Positions 54,135 through 64,000 of a stretch of DNA of 64,000 nt are shown piece by piece. The stretch is from Thermoanaerobaculia bacterium. Lineage in GTDB: Bacteria > Acidobacteriota > Thermoanaerobaculia > Multivoradales > Multivoraceae. Position numbers and translations under genes: made by a program. The notes beneath the pieces were generated by a model. It was not told the origin of the DNA and did no database searches. It saw nothing but the letters and a program-made list of their open reading frames with translations. The number at the start of each line of letters is the position of its first letter. Positions within the stretch are counted from its first letter, which is position 1. The stretch spans positions 1,568,001 to 1,632,000 of the forward strand of contig OY762911.1 in NCBI GenBank assembly GCA_963666565.1, given 5' to 3'.

Positions 54135-55184
54135 TCAACGTTCGCTTCTTTCGTCTCGGGCGGGGCCGGAGTCGCCGGCGGCGCGGGCGGCGTCGTCCTG
54201 GGCGGGGCCGGAGTCGTCGCGGGACGGATCGAAAGCGGACGTCTCGGCCAACCGCTCGAAGAGGGCCTTCTCCTCGTCGGTCAACCGCTTCGGCACGACG
54301 ACCCGGATTTCGGCCAGGAGATCGCCGCCGGGTCCCTTCGGATCGGGCAGGCCGCGTCCGCGCAGGCGCATCTTCCGCCCGGTCGACGTACCGGCGGGCA
54401 GCCCCGCCTCGGCGTGGCCGGCGAGCGTGGGAACCCGGATTGTGCCGCCCAGCGCCGCCGTCCACGGCGCGACCGGCACGTCGCAGAGGAGGTCGCGGCC
54501 TTCGCGGCGGAAGACCGCGTGCGGCAGGGCCTCGACCCGGAGCAGCAGGTCGCCGTCGGGGGCGCCCGAACCCTTGCCGCCCTGGCCGCCCAGGCGAATC
54601 GCCTGGCCCGGCAGCACGCCCCTGGGGATGCGGACTTGCAGGTTGCGGGTCCGGCCGTTCGTTCGGTCGAGGAACTCGACCGTCCGTGGGCCGCCCTCGG
54701 CCATCTGCTCGAGGCTGAGCGGCAGGGTGACTTCCTGGTCGCGGCCCCGGCGGGGAGGCGACCAGGTCGAGTGCCGGCCGCCGCCGGGGAAGCCCTGCGC
54801 GCCCGCGCCGCCGAACAGCATGTCGAAGAACGAACTGAAGCCGGAGCCGCCTCCGGCGCTCCGGAACTCGAACCGGCCGTCGCCGCCGCCGAAGCCGCCT
54901 CCGTCGCCGAAGTGGAAGCGGAAGCCCTCCCAGCCGGGCGGGGGAGCGCCCTCGGACTGAACCTGCTTCCAGGCGGCGCCGTACTGGTCGTACTTGCTGC
55001 GCTTGTCCGGGTCCTTGAGGACCTCGTAGGCCTCGCCGATGTCCTTGAAGCGGGCCTCGGCGCCCGGGTCCCTGTTGACGTCCGGATGGAACTGGCGGGC
55101 CAGCTTGCGGTACGCCTTCTGGATGACGGCGGGCGTCGCGTCCTTGTCGACGCCGAGGGTCCGGTAGTAGTCCTTGTACTCCAC
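54135..55184 (-). CDS. cbpA: DnaJ-class co-chaperone (CbpA-like, no zinc finger)
   Basis: [29 protein letters not shown]. Confidence 0.88.
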   Translation of the reverse strand: MEYKDYYRTLGVDKDATPAVIQKAYRKLARQFHPDVNRDPGAEARFKDIGEAYEVLKDPDKRSKYDQYGAAWKQVQSEGAPPPGWEGFRFHFGDGGGFGGGDGRFEFRSAGGGSGFSSFFDMLFGGAGAQGFPGGGRHSTWSPPRRGRDQEVTLPLSLEQMAEGGPRTVEFLDRTNGRTRNLQVRIPRGVLPGQAIRLGGQGGKGSGAPDGDLLLRVEALPHAVFRREGRDLLCDVPVAPWTAALGGTIRVPTLAGHAEAGLPAGTSTGRKMRLRGRGLPDPKGPGGDLLAEIRVVVPKRLTDEEKALFERLAETSAFDPSRDDSGPAQDDAARAAGDSGPARDERSER

Positions 55185-55243
55185 GTTCTTCGGTTCCCGT
55201 TCCTGGTTGAGCCTGAGCGTTCCCGACCCAGGTTCGGCGGATA

Positions 55244-55264
55244 GTTTAGTCTATCTCACTCAAC
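55244..55264. promoter_or_regulatory. HAIR-like (HspR) operator upstream of cbpA-clpB
   Basis: GTTTAGT-N7-ACTCAAC vs HAIR consensus CTTGAGT-N7-ACTCAAG. Confidence 0.65.
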
Positions 55265-55309
55265 TTTGGAACTGGGAGTGTGGATGCCGAATGCGAATGC
55301 CGGCCTTCG

Positions 55310-55390
55310 GCCGGCATTCTTCTGGCCGCCTTCGGCGGCAAGCGGGTCAGGAAGACCCGCGCACCCGGCGGGTCGGAGGATCCGCGCACC
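55310..55390. repeat. REP elements, family B
   Basis: gcgggtcaggaagacccgcgcacccgg and gcgggtcggaggatccgcgcacc. Confidence 0.75.
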
Positions 55391-55461
55391 GAGGCGCGGG
55401 CTCCTGGCCGCCTTCGTCGGCCTTCCGAACGGAACGCGCGAGGCCGAAGGCCTCGCTCCGC

Positions 55462-55713
55462 TCACGGCGGGTCGAAGCCGAACGCCGTGTAGTTCAGGGC
55501 GATGTACTTCTCCTGGCCCTCGGGAACCTCTTCGAGGGGCAGGATCGCCTGCACCGGGCAGGCATCGACGCACAGGCCGCAGTCGATGCACTCCTCCGGG
55601 TGAATCAGGAGCAGTTCCCAGTCGTCATCGTCGTAGATGCAGTCGACGGGGCAGACATCGACGCACGACGTGTCCTTTACGCCGATGCACGGTTCGAAGA
55701 TGATGTGGGTCAT
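55462..55713 (-). CDS. Ferredoxin (7Fe/8Fe type)
   Basis: CIGVKDTSCVDVCPVDCI and CIDCGLCVDACP. Confidence 0.93.
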   Translation of the reverse strand: MTHIIFEPCIGVKDTSCVDVCPVDCIYDDDDWELLLIHPEECIDCGLCVDACPVQAILPLEEVPEGQEKYIALNYTAFGFDPP

Positions 55714-55908
55714 CGGACTGTTCCTCGCGTGCCGAACGCCGCCCGCGCCATCGCTTGCGGGCAGCCTTGAAACGGGGCAGACAGTAACAGAGTCGCCCCG
55801 AGCGGCAAAGACGCCCCGCCGCCGAGCGGAGCCGGCCTGACGGCCGGCTTTCCGAACAGGACGCGCCGCCAAGCGGCGACGACTCTCCCGCGCCAGGTGT
55901 CGGCGGCA

Positions 55909-57039
55909 TCAGAGCTCGAAGCGGCCGGGCCGCATGGCCCGCGGAATCGCCAGGCCGGGGTCGTCCGGCTCGCGGCCGAGGACCAGGGGCGCGACCATCT
56001 TCGCCGTAAGCGGCGCCAGCAGGATGCCGTTGCGGAAGTGCCCGGCCGCGACGTGCAGCCGTTCGCCCAGCCGGCCGACGATCGGCCACGGGTCCGGCGT
56101 GCCCGGTCGCAGCCCGGCCCAGTGTTCGACCGGCTTGCGGCCTTTCAACGCCGGCAGCAGATCGGCGGCGCCCGCCGCCAGGTCCGCGCGGACCGCGGCG
56201 CTCAGGCCGATGTCGAAACCCGCGCGCTCGACCGAGGCGCCGATCAGCAGGCGCCCGCCCGCGCGCCGGACGGCATAGAAGGTCGGCGTGCGGATCGCTC
56301 CGAGAAACGGCCAGTCGACGCGATCGAACGCGATCATCTCGCCCTTGACCGGTGAGATGGGGAGCGGAGGCAGCCCCCGGATCGACGCGGTCCAGGCCCC
56401 GCCGCAGACCACCGCGGCGCCGGCGGCCCGCTCGAAGCCGGCGCCCGAGACGCCGACCTCGCCGGGCGCCTCGACGACGCTCTCGACCGTGGCGCGGTGC
56501 AGGACGACGTTCCGGTTCCGCAGCGCCGCCGCCGCGGCCGCCCCGGCCAGGCGGTTGTCGACCCGGTGCTCGCCGGGCAGCAGCAGCGCTCCCTCGATCC
56601 CGGGGCGCAGGTCGGGCACCAGCTCGCGAAGCTCGGACCGGTCGAGGTCCCGAGCCGCGTCGCCGTGTTCGAGGGCCCGGGCCTTGATCCGGTCGAGCAC
56701 GGCGCGGCCCTCGGCGTCGAGGATGGGCAGCAGCGAGCCGGTGTCGTCGTAGTCGATCGACATCCCGCTCTCTCGTTCGAGCGCGGGCGCCAGATCGCGC
56801 CAGAGGTCGCGCGACCGGAGCGAGATCCGGGCGTACGCCTCGTCGGCGACGCTCTCCGCGATCGGCGCGATCATCCCGGCCGCGTTGGGCGACGCCGCGC
56901 CTTTCCGGCGGTCGTCGACGAGCTCGACCCGGGCGCCCGCGAGGTCGAGTTCGCGCGCGATCAGCAGCCCGATCAGCCCGCCGCCGACGACGAGAACGTC
57001 CGGCCGCGGCCCGGGGCCCGGGCCGTCCCGCCGGGTCAT
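55909..57039 (-). CDS. thiO: Glycine oxidase ThiO-like FAD oxidoreductase
   Basis: VVGGGLIG, AAGMIAP, PVKGEM, WAGLRPGTPD, GHFRNGILLAP. Confidence 0.85.
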   Translation of the reverse strand: MTRRDGPGPGPRPDVLVVGGGLIGLLIARELDLAGARVELVDDRRKGAASPNAAGMIAPIAESVADEAYARISLRSRDLWRDLAPALERESGMSIDYDDTGSLLPILDAEGRAVLDRIKARALEHGDAARDLDRSELRELVPDLRPGIEGALLLPGEHRVDNRLAGAAAAAALRNRNVVLHRATVESVVEAPGEVGVSGAGFERAAGAAVVCGGAWTASIRGLPPLPISPVKGEMIAFDRVDWPFLGAIRTPTFYAVRRAGGRLLIGASVERAGFDIGLSAAVRADLAAGAADLLPALKGRKPVEHWAGLRPGTPDPWPIVGRLGERLHVAAGHFRNGILLAPLTAKMVAPLVLGREPDDPGLAIPRAMRPGRFEL

Positions 57040-59420
57040 CGGTCGCCGGCCAGCGTTTCCGCGTGCAGCCGGGCCCGTGGGGCGATGGGCGGGCCGGCGT
57101 CGGACCGGAGCCGTCCGCGTTCGGTCGAGGCGAGGGCCTCGAAGACGGCGCGGGCCCGCGACCGGTACTCGTCCCGTCCCTCTTCGGCGAGGACGGTCAG
57201 TGCCAGTCCGAGCAGGTACTGGACCGTGTCGCGGCCGAGCCCGCTGCGGCCGGGAGCCTCGATCGTCCGAAGCTGGCGGACCGCTTGCGCCTGGTCGCCG
57301 GCGGCCAGCAGCAGGTTCGCCAGCTCGAGTTCCAGGAGCCAACGCGGGATGTCGCCGGCGCGCTCCAGCTCCTGGTGCAGCCGGGCGGTGACGGCCGCCG
57401 GCAACAGGTCGGGATCGAACGTGTCGAGCAGGGCCCAGCCCCACTCCGGTTCGACGCTGCGGACGGCGGCGCCGCCCGGACCGCGCGTTGCGATTTCGAT
57501 CGCGTCCCCCGGTTCGAGGCTCTCCACGGCGGTCGTCAACTGGAGCGAGGAGGACGCTGGCCGGCCGTCGATGGAGACGACCTCCATGCCCGGCGCCAGC
57601 CCGGCGGCCGCCGCCGGGCCGCCCGCCTCGACCGCTGCCACGACCGGCACGCCTCCGGCCAGGGAGTCCATCAGCGTGGCGCCGAAGCGCGGCGTCCTCC
57701 GGCCGAGGTCCGGATCGAGCGCCGCCGCCAGCCGCTGCAGGGCGTCCTGCTCCAGCCGGCGGTTCTCGATCCGCAGGCTGCGCACGTCGGGCGTCGCCGG
57801 TCCGGGAACCGCCGGCCACCACCACAGGTCGGCGGCGTCGGCGACCAGATCGTCGTTCAGCACCGCGGCGACGTAGAGCGCCGCCGGAAGGCTCGCCTGA
57901 ACCTCCCGCTGGATCGCGGCCCAGTCCAGGTCGCGTTCGGCCGTCGCCCGGTCGCGGAGCGCGGCGGCGCCGGCGCCCAGCCGGGCGAGCAGGTCCGTTC
58001 CCTCGGCGCCGCGGTCGAGGACGGTGTACGTGCCGGCGCCGCGCAGCGCGTCGAGCGCGAGTTCGACGGCGCGGACGCCGGCTGGGTCGTCGCCGAACAC
58101 GCCGAGATAGACGAGGGCCGGCCGGAGCTCGACCTCGACGTCGATCCGACGCCGGTCCTCTGCGACCACCGAGGTCTCGAAGTAGCCGAGCGTGCCGTGT
58201 GTCACCGACAGGTCGTAGGCGCCCGGCGGCAGGCGGACCTGGGGCGGAGACTTCGACCGGTCGGGCCGGAGCGTGCGGCCGTTGCCGAGGACGCTCGCGC
58301 CCTCGGTCAGGCCGACGAGGCCGACGACCGCCTCCTGGCGCTCCAGGACGACCGGCGGCAGTTCGTAGTCCTCCAGGCCGGGGATCTGGAGACTCGTGCG
58401 GAAGCTCCGGAAGCCGTCCTTCTCGATCTCGATCCGGTGGCGGCCGGGCGGCAGATCGTCGAGCCAGAGTTCGCGCGAGAAGTCCTCGGGCGGGTGGCTT
58501 GCGGCCGGTCCCTCCGGCCGGAACCGGGGCTCGGCCTGGCCGTTCGTCCGTCCGCGTTCGATTCCGTCGACCAGCACGGTCGCGCCGGTGGGGGCGGTAC
58601 GCAGCTTGACGACCGCGCTGTCGCGCTCCAGTTCGACCGTCACTTCCAGGTCCGTCCCTCCCGCGACCGCGAAGGCGGCGGTGGTCGGCAGGTAGCCCGG
58701 ACGGGAGACCTGCGCCAGGTAGTCGCCGACCAGGAGCGGGGCGGGTTCCGGCGGCACGAAGGGCTCGGGCTCGTCCCCTTCGCCGGCCGGCGTCTCGTCC
58801 GCGTCTCCGTCTTCGGCCGCCTCCTCCCCGGCCTCGTTCTCCGCCGCCGGCGGCTCGGGCGGCGGCGCCGCGTTCTCGAACGCGAGGTCGCCGACGCGGA
58901 TCTCCGCGTCCAGGGGCGTGACCAGGAAGGAGACGCGGCCCACGAGTTCGTCCTTCCGGCCCTGGAGACGGTCGGTCAGTTGCCTGCCGGCGGTCTCGGC
59001 GTCCAGCTCGAACAGCGGGTCGAGACGGACGATCCGGTCGAGCGCCAGGTCGGCCCCCTCCCGGTCGTCCAGTGTCCATCGCGCGGCCGCCAGGTAGAGC
59101 CAGGCCGTGCGCAGGGTCTCGAAGAGACGGGGATCGCCGGCGGCGAGGTTGCGGTCGCCTCCGGCGTCGGCGGCGAGCGGTTCGAGAGTGTCGATCACGT
59201 CCTGCAGCAGGGGAATCGCCCCTTCCGAGTCGCCCTCGGCGTAGATGTCGCCGGCTTCGCTCAGGGTGGCCGCCGTCCGGGGCGGCAGCCGGGTCGACCG
59301 CTCGATCTCGAGGTCGCTACGGCCGATTTCCTGGACGCCGATGCGCTGCGCTGCGGCCACGCCGCAGAAGCTGGCCAGGATCGTCAGCGCGGCGGCAGCG
59401 GGGAGGATTCGGCGGCACAT
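57036..59420 (-). CDS. Secreted TPR/PEGA/PDZ domain protein
   Basis: Signal peptide, PEGA (TAPTGATVLVDG..RG), PDZ (GGPAAAAGL..G.....IDG). Confidence 0.75.
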   Translation of the reverse strand: MCRRILPAAAALTILASFCGVAAAQRIGVQEIGRSDLEIERSTRLPPRTAATLSEAGDIYAEGDSEGAIPLLQDVIDTLEPLAADAGGDRNLAAGDPRLFETLRTAWLYLAAARWTLDDREGADLALDRIVRLDPLFELDAETAGRQLTDRLQGRKDELVGRVSFLVTPLDAEIRVGDLAFENAAPPPEPPAAENEAGEEAAEDGDADETPAGEGDEPEPFVPPEPAPLLVGDYLAQVSRPGYLPTTAAFAVAGGTDLEVTVELERDSAVVKLRTAPTGATVLVDGIERGRTNGQAEPRFRPEGPAASHPPEDFSRELWLDDLPPGRHRIEIEKDGFRSFRTSLQIPGLEDYELPPVVLERQEAVVGLVGLTEGASVLGNGRTLRPDRSKSPPQVRLPPGAYDLSVTHGTLGYFETSVVAEDRRRIDVEVELRPALVYLGVFGDDPAGVRAVELALDALRGAGTYTVLDRGAEGTDLLARLGAGAAALRDRATAERDLDWAAIQREVQASLPAALYVAAVLNDDLVADAADLWWWPAVPGPATPDVRSLRIENRRLEQDALQRLAAALDPDLGRRTPRFGATLMDSLAGGVPVVAAVEAGGPAAAAGLAPGMEVVSIDGRPASSSLQLTTAVESLEPGDAIEIATRGPGGAAVRSVEPEWGWALLDTFDPDLLPAAVTARLHQELERAGDIPRWLLELELANLLLAAGDQAQAVRQLRTIEAPGRSGLGRDTVQYLLGLALTVLAEEGRDEYRSRARAVFEALASTERGRLRSDAGPPIAPRARLHAETLAGDR

Positions 59421-59425
59421 CCGGC

Positions 59426-60553
59426 CTACTCCAGCACCAGGACGTCGCCGAGCCGGCTGTCGGCGATGAAGATGCGTGCCTGGCCGTCGACCGCGACGTC
59501 TTCGGGCGCCCGCAGTTCCCGGCCGCCGGGAAGGACGGGACCGAGCGTCGCCAGCGGCACGGCGGCGGGGTCGTAGACGAGGACCTGCATCGTTGCCGCG
59601 TCGAGCACGTAGCGGTTGCCGAACGGGTCGACATCGAGCGCGACGGGCCGCCGCCAGTCGGCCCGAAAGGCCTCCTCGAAGCGCCCGTCGGCGGCGAACC
59701 GCAACACGGACGGAGGCGTCGAGCGGGCGCCGGCGTCGAGCACGTGAATGGCGCCGTCCCTGCCCACCGCCAGGTCGATGGGCTCGGTCATCGTGGCGAC
59801 GCGCAGGGTCTCGAGCGGCCGGCCCTCCGGGTCGAAGCGGAGCACCTCGGCGGAGCGGCGCGAGAGCACGGTCCAGGCGCCGGAGTCGTCGCGGTGGGCG
59901 GCGACGATGCGGTCCAGGTCGCCGCCGCCGGGACGGGTGAAGGCGACGGTCCGCGGGTCTTCGATCCCGGTCACTCCGTCGGCGGCGATGACGCCGGGGG
60001 CGCCCGCCGCGGCGTGGCTCGGCCGGACCGCGCCGCGGAGGTCGCGGGCGGCCGACGGCGCGCCGCCGGCGTCGAGGATCGCGGCCCGGTTCGCCTCGGT
60101 GACGACGAGCCGGCCGTCCGCGCCGGTGGCGACCCCGCGCGGCCTTTCGATGCCGGCGCGATCCGGCAGGTAGCTGCGCGCCGCGAGCCAGCGCTCCTGG
60201 CCGGCGACCGGCCGCAGGATGAGGCGGTGCATCAGGGTCGTCCGTTCCAGCGAGCCGACGGCGACGTCGCCGTCCGCTTCGCCGCGGCGGAGAGCGCCTT
60301 CGCGGGCCAGGCGCAGGTGCTCGGCGGCGGTCCGCCAGTCGCCCCGCTTCAGCAGCAGGTCGCCGAGCTCGAAGTGGGCGTGCGGCGTCCGCTCGCTCTC
60401 GGGTTCGCGCTCCAGCACGCGGAGCAGTTCGGCGACCGTCTCGCGCTCGGTTGCGGCGTCCTGGGCCGGCAGCGCCGCAGCGAGCAGGGCCAGCCCGAAG
60501 GCGGCCGCGGCCGCGTGCCTAGGCGTCGAGTTCTTCGGAGAGCCGCTCGTCAC
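59426..60553 (-). CDS. Secreted TPR + NHL-repeat protein
   Basis: PIDLAVGRDG, PVALDVDPFGN, PEDVAVDGQARIFIAD; start approximate. Confidence 0.75.
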   Translation of the reverse strand: MTSGSPKNSTPRHAAAAAFGLALLAAALPAQDAATERETVAELLRVLEREPESERTPHAHFELGDLLLKRGDWRTAAEHLRLAREGALRRGEADGDVAVGSLERTTLMHRLILRPVAGQERWLAARSYLPDRAGIERPRGVATGADGRLVVTEANRAAILDAGGAPSAARDLRGAVRPSHAAAGAPGVIAADGVTGIEDPRTVAFTRPGGGDLDRIVAAHRDDSGAWTVLSRRSAEVLRFDPEGRPLETLRVATMTEPIDLAVGRDGAIHVLDAGARSTPPSVLRFAADGRFEEAFRADWRRPVALDVDPFGNRYVLDAATMQVLVYDPAAVPLATLGPVLPGGRELRAPEDVAVDGQARIFIADSRLGDVLVLE

Positions 60554-62366
60554 TGAGCCGCCGGGCGGTTGGCGAGAGGGGGGCGTGGGTGAGGATCTGA
60601 CTGGCGCGCGCAATCGCCTTCGCCGCGTCGCCCAGATCCTGGTAGATCACCATCTCCTTGTAGAGCAGGTCGGCGAGTTCGTCGAGCCGTTCCTCGACTT
60701 CGCCGGCGTAGGGTCCGTCGGGGAACCGCTCCAGGTACTCGGACCCGCTCGTGATGTCGTCGTAGCTGCCGGCCAGGCTGCGCAGCCGGTCCTCGGCCCG
60801 CTCGCCGAGTTCCGGGTCCCGCTCCTGGAGCGCCAAGTGCTGCAGCGAGCCGAGACGGGTCAGTACCGGCGCCAAGTTGCGCAGCCCGCGCTGCGCCGCG
60901 GCGGCCGGAGTGTCGCCGTCCTCCGCGATGTCTCCGGCCGGCTCGGATTCCCAGGCCTTGAGGAAGTTCTCCACCGCGTCGGTCTCGCGGCCCAGCCGGC
61001 TGCAGGCGACGCCGAGCAGCAGCGCCACACGGGGCGCCCGGGGCGAGTCGGGGTAGTTCGAGAGAAAAGCCTCGAGGAACGGGGTCTCGAACACGCCGCG
61101 GTCGAGGATGCCGATCGAGTCGCGGTAGAACTCCTCGCTCTGGCGCCGGAGGTCGGCGAGTTCCTGGCTCAGCACGGCGAGGAACGGCGAATCCGGCGTC
61201 AGCGAGCGGACGGCTTCCATCTCCTTGCGGTAGGCGGCCGTCACCTCGCCGTAGTCCCGCGAGGTGGCCAGCCGCTCCAGTTCCCGGTCGCGCCGCTCGT
61301 GCAGCCGCTCCAGCCGCAGCGACTCGGCGGCCGTTCCGGCGGGCCAGGCGTTGAGCGCCATCGTCTTCACGAACCGGAGCGCCGGCGGCGCCGCCTTCGA
61401 CTCCCGCGGCTGCGGCCCGGGCCGGGGCGCGAGCCGCTTCGTCGGGTTCGCCGCGAACGCGAGCAGGCTCTCCTGGGTCGCCTGGCGATAGGCGTCGACC
61501 TCGTCGCCCGGCGCCGCTTCGAGCGTCGCGAGGTAGCGGCCCCGCGCTTTCGCGGCCAGGACCCGGGAGTCGAAGAAGGGATGGGTCTGCCAGTAGCCGT
61601 ACGCCTTCGACTGCGGGATGCGTTCGCCCATCCTGGCCATCAGCCGTTCAAGGGCGTTCGGGTCGTAGCCGGCGGCCGCGGCGAAGCGCTGCCCCTCTTC
61701 GTCGCTCTCGTCCTCGTGCTCGCGCGAGTAGCTGCGCATGACGAGCTCGGTGATCGCCATGCCGCCGACCAGCGCGGCCTGGGCCGCCGCCTCGGTCGCG
61801 CTCTGGTCGCGGGTGTAGCCGTAGGGGCCGACGTAGCCGTCGTCCCGGTCGGAGGCGCTCGCCGCCAGCAGCCCCACGCCGAGCAGGGAACTCAGCAGGT
61901 TGAGCCGCGTCGCGCGCTTCTTCTGCTTGAGGAAGTGCTCGGAGGTGACGTGCGCGATCTCGTGGCCGAGCAGGTTGGCGAGCATGTCGTCCGACAGCCC
62001 GAGGTCGAGCATGCCGCTGGTCACGAAGATCTGCCCCGCCGGCAGCGCGAAGGCGTTGGGGATCGGCGTGTCGACGACGGCGAAGGTGAAGGGATACGCG
62101 TCGAAGCCGGCGTGGTACGCCACCTCGTAGCCGATCCGGTTGACCCGTTCCTGCACCTCCGGATCGTCGAGGAGGCCGTACTGCTTCACCGCCTCGGCCG
62201 CGGCGGCGACGCTCTTCTCGAACAGGGCGGGATTCTCGATCTCCACCGCCGGCGCCGCGCCGGAGGCGGTCAGGAGCAGGGCCAGGGTTGCGGCGGTCGC
62301 GGACCGCGCGACGCCCGCGGTTCGGGACGCCCTGCCGGTTCGAGACGATTCGTGAGCGCGCATCAT
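60519..62366 (-). CDS. M48 metalloprotease with TPR-like C-terminus
   Basis: PNAFALPAG, GHEIAH, YSREHEDESD, THP. Confidence 0.88.
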   Translation of the reverse strand: MMRAHESSRTGRASRTAGVARSATAATLALLLTASGAAPAVEIENPALFEKSVAAAAEAVKQYGLLDDPEVQERVNRIGYEVAYHAGFDAYPFTFAVVDTPIPNAFALPAGQIFVTSGMLDLGLSDDMLANLLGHEIAHVTSEHFLKQKKRATRLNLLSSLLGVGLLAASASDRDDGYVGPYGYTRDQSATEAAAQAALVGGMAITELVMRSYSREHEDESDEEGQRFAAAAGYDPNALERLMARMGERIPQSKAYGYWQTHPFFDSRVLAAKARGRYLATLEAAPGDEVDAYRQATQESLLAFAANPTKRLAPRPGPQPRESKAAPPALRFVKTMALNAWPAGTAAESLRLERLHERRDRELERLATSRDYGEVTAAYRKEMEAVRSLTPDSPFLAVLSQELADLRRQSEEFYRDSIGILDRGVFETPFLEAFLSNYPDSPRAPRVALLLGVACSRLGRETDAVENFLKAWESEPAGDIAEDGDTPAAAAQRGLRNLAPVLTRLGSLQHLALQERDPELGERAEDRLRSLAGSYDDITSGSEYLERFPDGPYAGEVEERLDELADLLYKEMVIYQDLGDAAKAIARASQILTHAPLSPTARRLSDERLSEELDA

Positions 62367-62594
62367 GGGGGAGCCAACGGGCGCGGCACCCGGCGGATTC
62401 CGTTCGAGCGCCGGATGACGGCGGCCGAAACGGTTCGCGTGCGGCTTGAAGCGCCGCCGGGGTTCCGCGACGCCTTAGGATAACCGCGTGTCCGCGTCAC
62501 AGGCGCGGGAGACGCCAGGAGATTGCGTCGTGGAAGCTCGACGCAGCGAGATTCACGGCGCGGTCTCCCGCTGAGGCGGGGGCTGGGGCCAAAC

Positions 62595-63368
62595 ATGGAG
62601 TTTGCGGCAGGCTTGACGGCTCTGAAGGCCGCGGCCAGAAGTCGCCGCGGTCACGAGCCGTGGGTCTTCTACCCGCGGGAGGGCCGCTGGAGATGGTGGT
62701 CGTTCGAGCGCGGGTGGACCGAGATCGAGCGCTGGCGGGCCGTGCTGGAGCGGGGCGAAGGGCCGGCCGCCGGCGCCGCGCCGCCGCCCGAATCCTCGCC
62801 GGAGGCGCTCTGCTGTTGTCTCGCCGGGTCGGCCGGCGAGTCCGGAGACGAGTACCGAGGGGCGTTCGCCGCCTTCGACCGTCTGCTCGCAGGGGGTGGG
62901 TCGGCGCGCGAACTCGTCGTCGTCGCTCCGCCGGAAGCTGCCGCGGCGCCTGCGCCCGCGCTGCCGGATCGACTGGCGGAGCAAGCGCCGGGAACACGCC
63001 AGGGAATGCCGGTGCCGGTGGCCGCGCCGGCGAATCGACTCGCGCGGTTGTGGCTCGAGTGGTGCTGCGCCAACCTGGCGGTGCTGGCGCTCGAACCTAA
63101 GCGGCGCGCCCTGGTCGGCTCCGTGCTGTGGTGCCGGCCGACGGCCCTGTTGCTGGACGCCGGCCAGGAGCGCGCGCTGGCGGCCGCGGTCACGGACCGG
63201 AGCGGCGGACGCAACCGCAGGGCGGCCGGGCTGCTCGACCGGCTGCGCGTCCTGATGGTCGCGCCGGAAGCCGGGGACGAAGCCGGCGAGGTTCCGCCGC
63301 CGGCGGCCGACTGGCGCGCCTGGGGCGTCGAACGCCGGGGCGTGCGCGAGGGCGACTTCAGCCGTTGA
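62595..63368 (+). CDS. Hypothetical protein, possibly a degenerate adenylation-domain-like fragment
   Basis: ATG 62595; RPT.L and LDRLR.L patterns weakly reminiscent of AMP-binding folds. Confidence 0.45.
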   Translation: MEFAAGLTALKAAARSRRGHEPWVFYPREGRWRWWSFERGWTEIERWRAVLERGEGPAAGAAPPPESSPEALCCCLAGSAGESGDEYRGAFAAFDRLLAGGGSARELVVVAPPEAAAAPAPALPDRLAEQAPGTRQGMPVPVAAPANRLARLWLEWCCANLAVLALEPKRRALVGSVLWCRPTALLLDAGQERALAAAVTDRSGGRNRRAAGLLDRLRVLMVAPEAGDEAGEVPPPAADWRAWGVERRGVREGDFSR

Positions 63369-63382
63369 TACAGTGCGGTCTG

Positions 63383-64000
63383 GTGACTACTGCCAGACCC
63401 TACGTCCGGTTCCTGCCGCTGATCCTGATCGCGGCGGTCGCCGTCCAGCCGGCCGGCGCCGCCGGTTTCGAGGTGAAGATGGCGACGCTCTCGCCCGACG
63501 GCTCGCCCTGGGACGGCTTCTTCGAGACGATGGGCAAGGACTGGGAGGCCGGGACCGACGGCCGGGTAACTCTCACGATTTACCCCGGCGGCGTCGCGGG
63601 CGACGAGCCGGACATCCTGCGCAAGATGAAGATCGGCCAGTACCACGCTGCCGCTCTCTCCGTCAGCGGTCTGGCCGACATCTCGAAGGACTTCACCGTC
63701 TTCGAGATTCCCTTGTTCTTCCACGACGAGCAGGAGATGTTCCACGTGCTGCGGGAGCTGACGCCGGGTCTCCGCGAGACGCTGGACGAGGAGGGCTTCG
63801 TCCTCCTCGGCTGGGGCTACGTCGGCCAGGTCCACTTCTTCACGAACGAGCTGGCGCGCACGGTGGAGGAGATGCAGCGGCTCAAGATCTTCACCTGGGC
63901 CGGCGACGAGGCGATGACGAGCTGGTGGCGCGAGGGCGGCTTCAAGCCGGTGGCGCTGGCGGCGACCGACATCGTGACCGGGCTTCAGACCGGCATGATC
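63383..64000 (+). CDS. dctP: TRAP transporter substrate-binding protein DctP (3' end outside window)
   Basis: Signal peptide, KMATLSPDGSPW, IYPGGVAGDE.D.LRKM.IGQ, GLQTGMI. Confidence 0.88.
   Translation, partial: MTTARPYVRFLPLILIAAVAVQPAGAAGFEVKMATLSPDGSPWDGFFETMGKDWEAGTDGRVTLTIYPGGVAGDEPDILRKMKIGQYHAAALSVSGLADISKDFTVFEIPLFFHDEQEMFHVLRELTPGLRETLDEEGFVLLGWGYVGQVHFFTNELARTVEEMQRLKIFTWAGDEAMTSWWREGGFKPVALAATDIVTGLQTGMI

Overview
High-GC bacterial chromosome segment. Gene content (SpoIVB/S55 plus beta-propeller pair, PEGA/NHL proteins, planctomycete-type cytochrome c, PQQ enzymes) suggests Acidobacteriota; this taxonomy is inference. It is mostly housekeeping and envelope genes: uvrD/pcrA, a four-tRNA cluster, LPS/EPS glycosyltransferases, purD, ispH, serS, tsaC, coaD, 2-oxoacid:ferredoxin oxidoreductase, xerD, clpB, cbpA/dnaJ, thiO and dctP. 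Accessory insertions: a DUF2335-like gene pair next to an intact DDE IS; a three-gene operon bracketed by a duplicated coaD 3' end, with an orphan HicB-like gene; and a defence cluster of DNA methyltransferase, PD-(D/E)xK nuclease and a fused CapRel-like toxSAS. The most unusual signals are (i) tRNA-Ser(TGA) followed by three 99-bp tandem tRNA-derived units with remodelled D and anticodon arms but intact variable arm, T arm and CCA, and (ii) two families of REP/REPIN palindromes, some of which appear translated in frame (a cytochrome c N-terminus, and the junction of a fused double glycosyltransferase). All protein family calls come from motif recognition by eye, not database searches.
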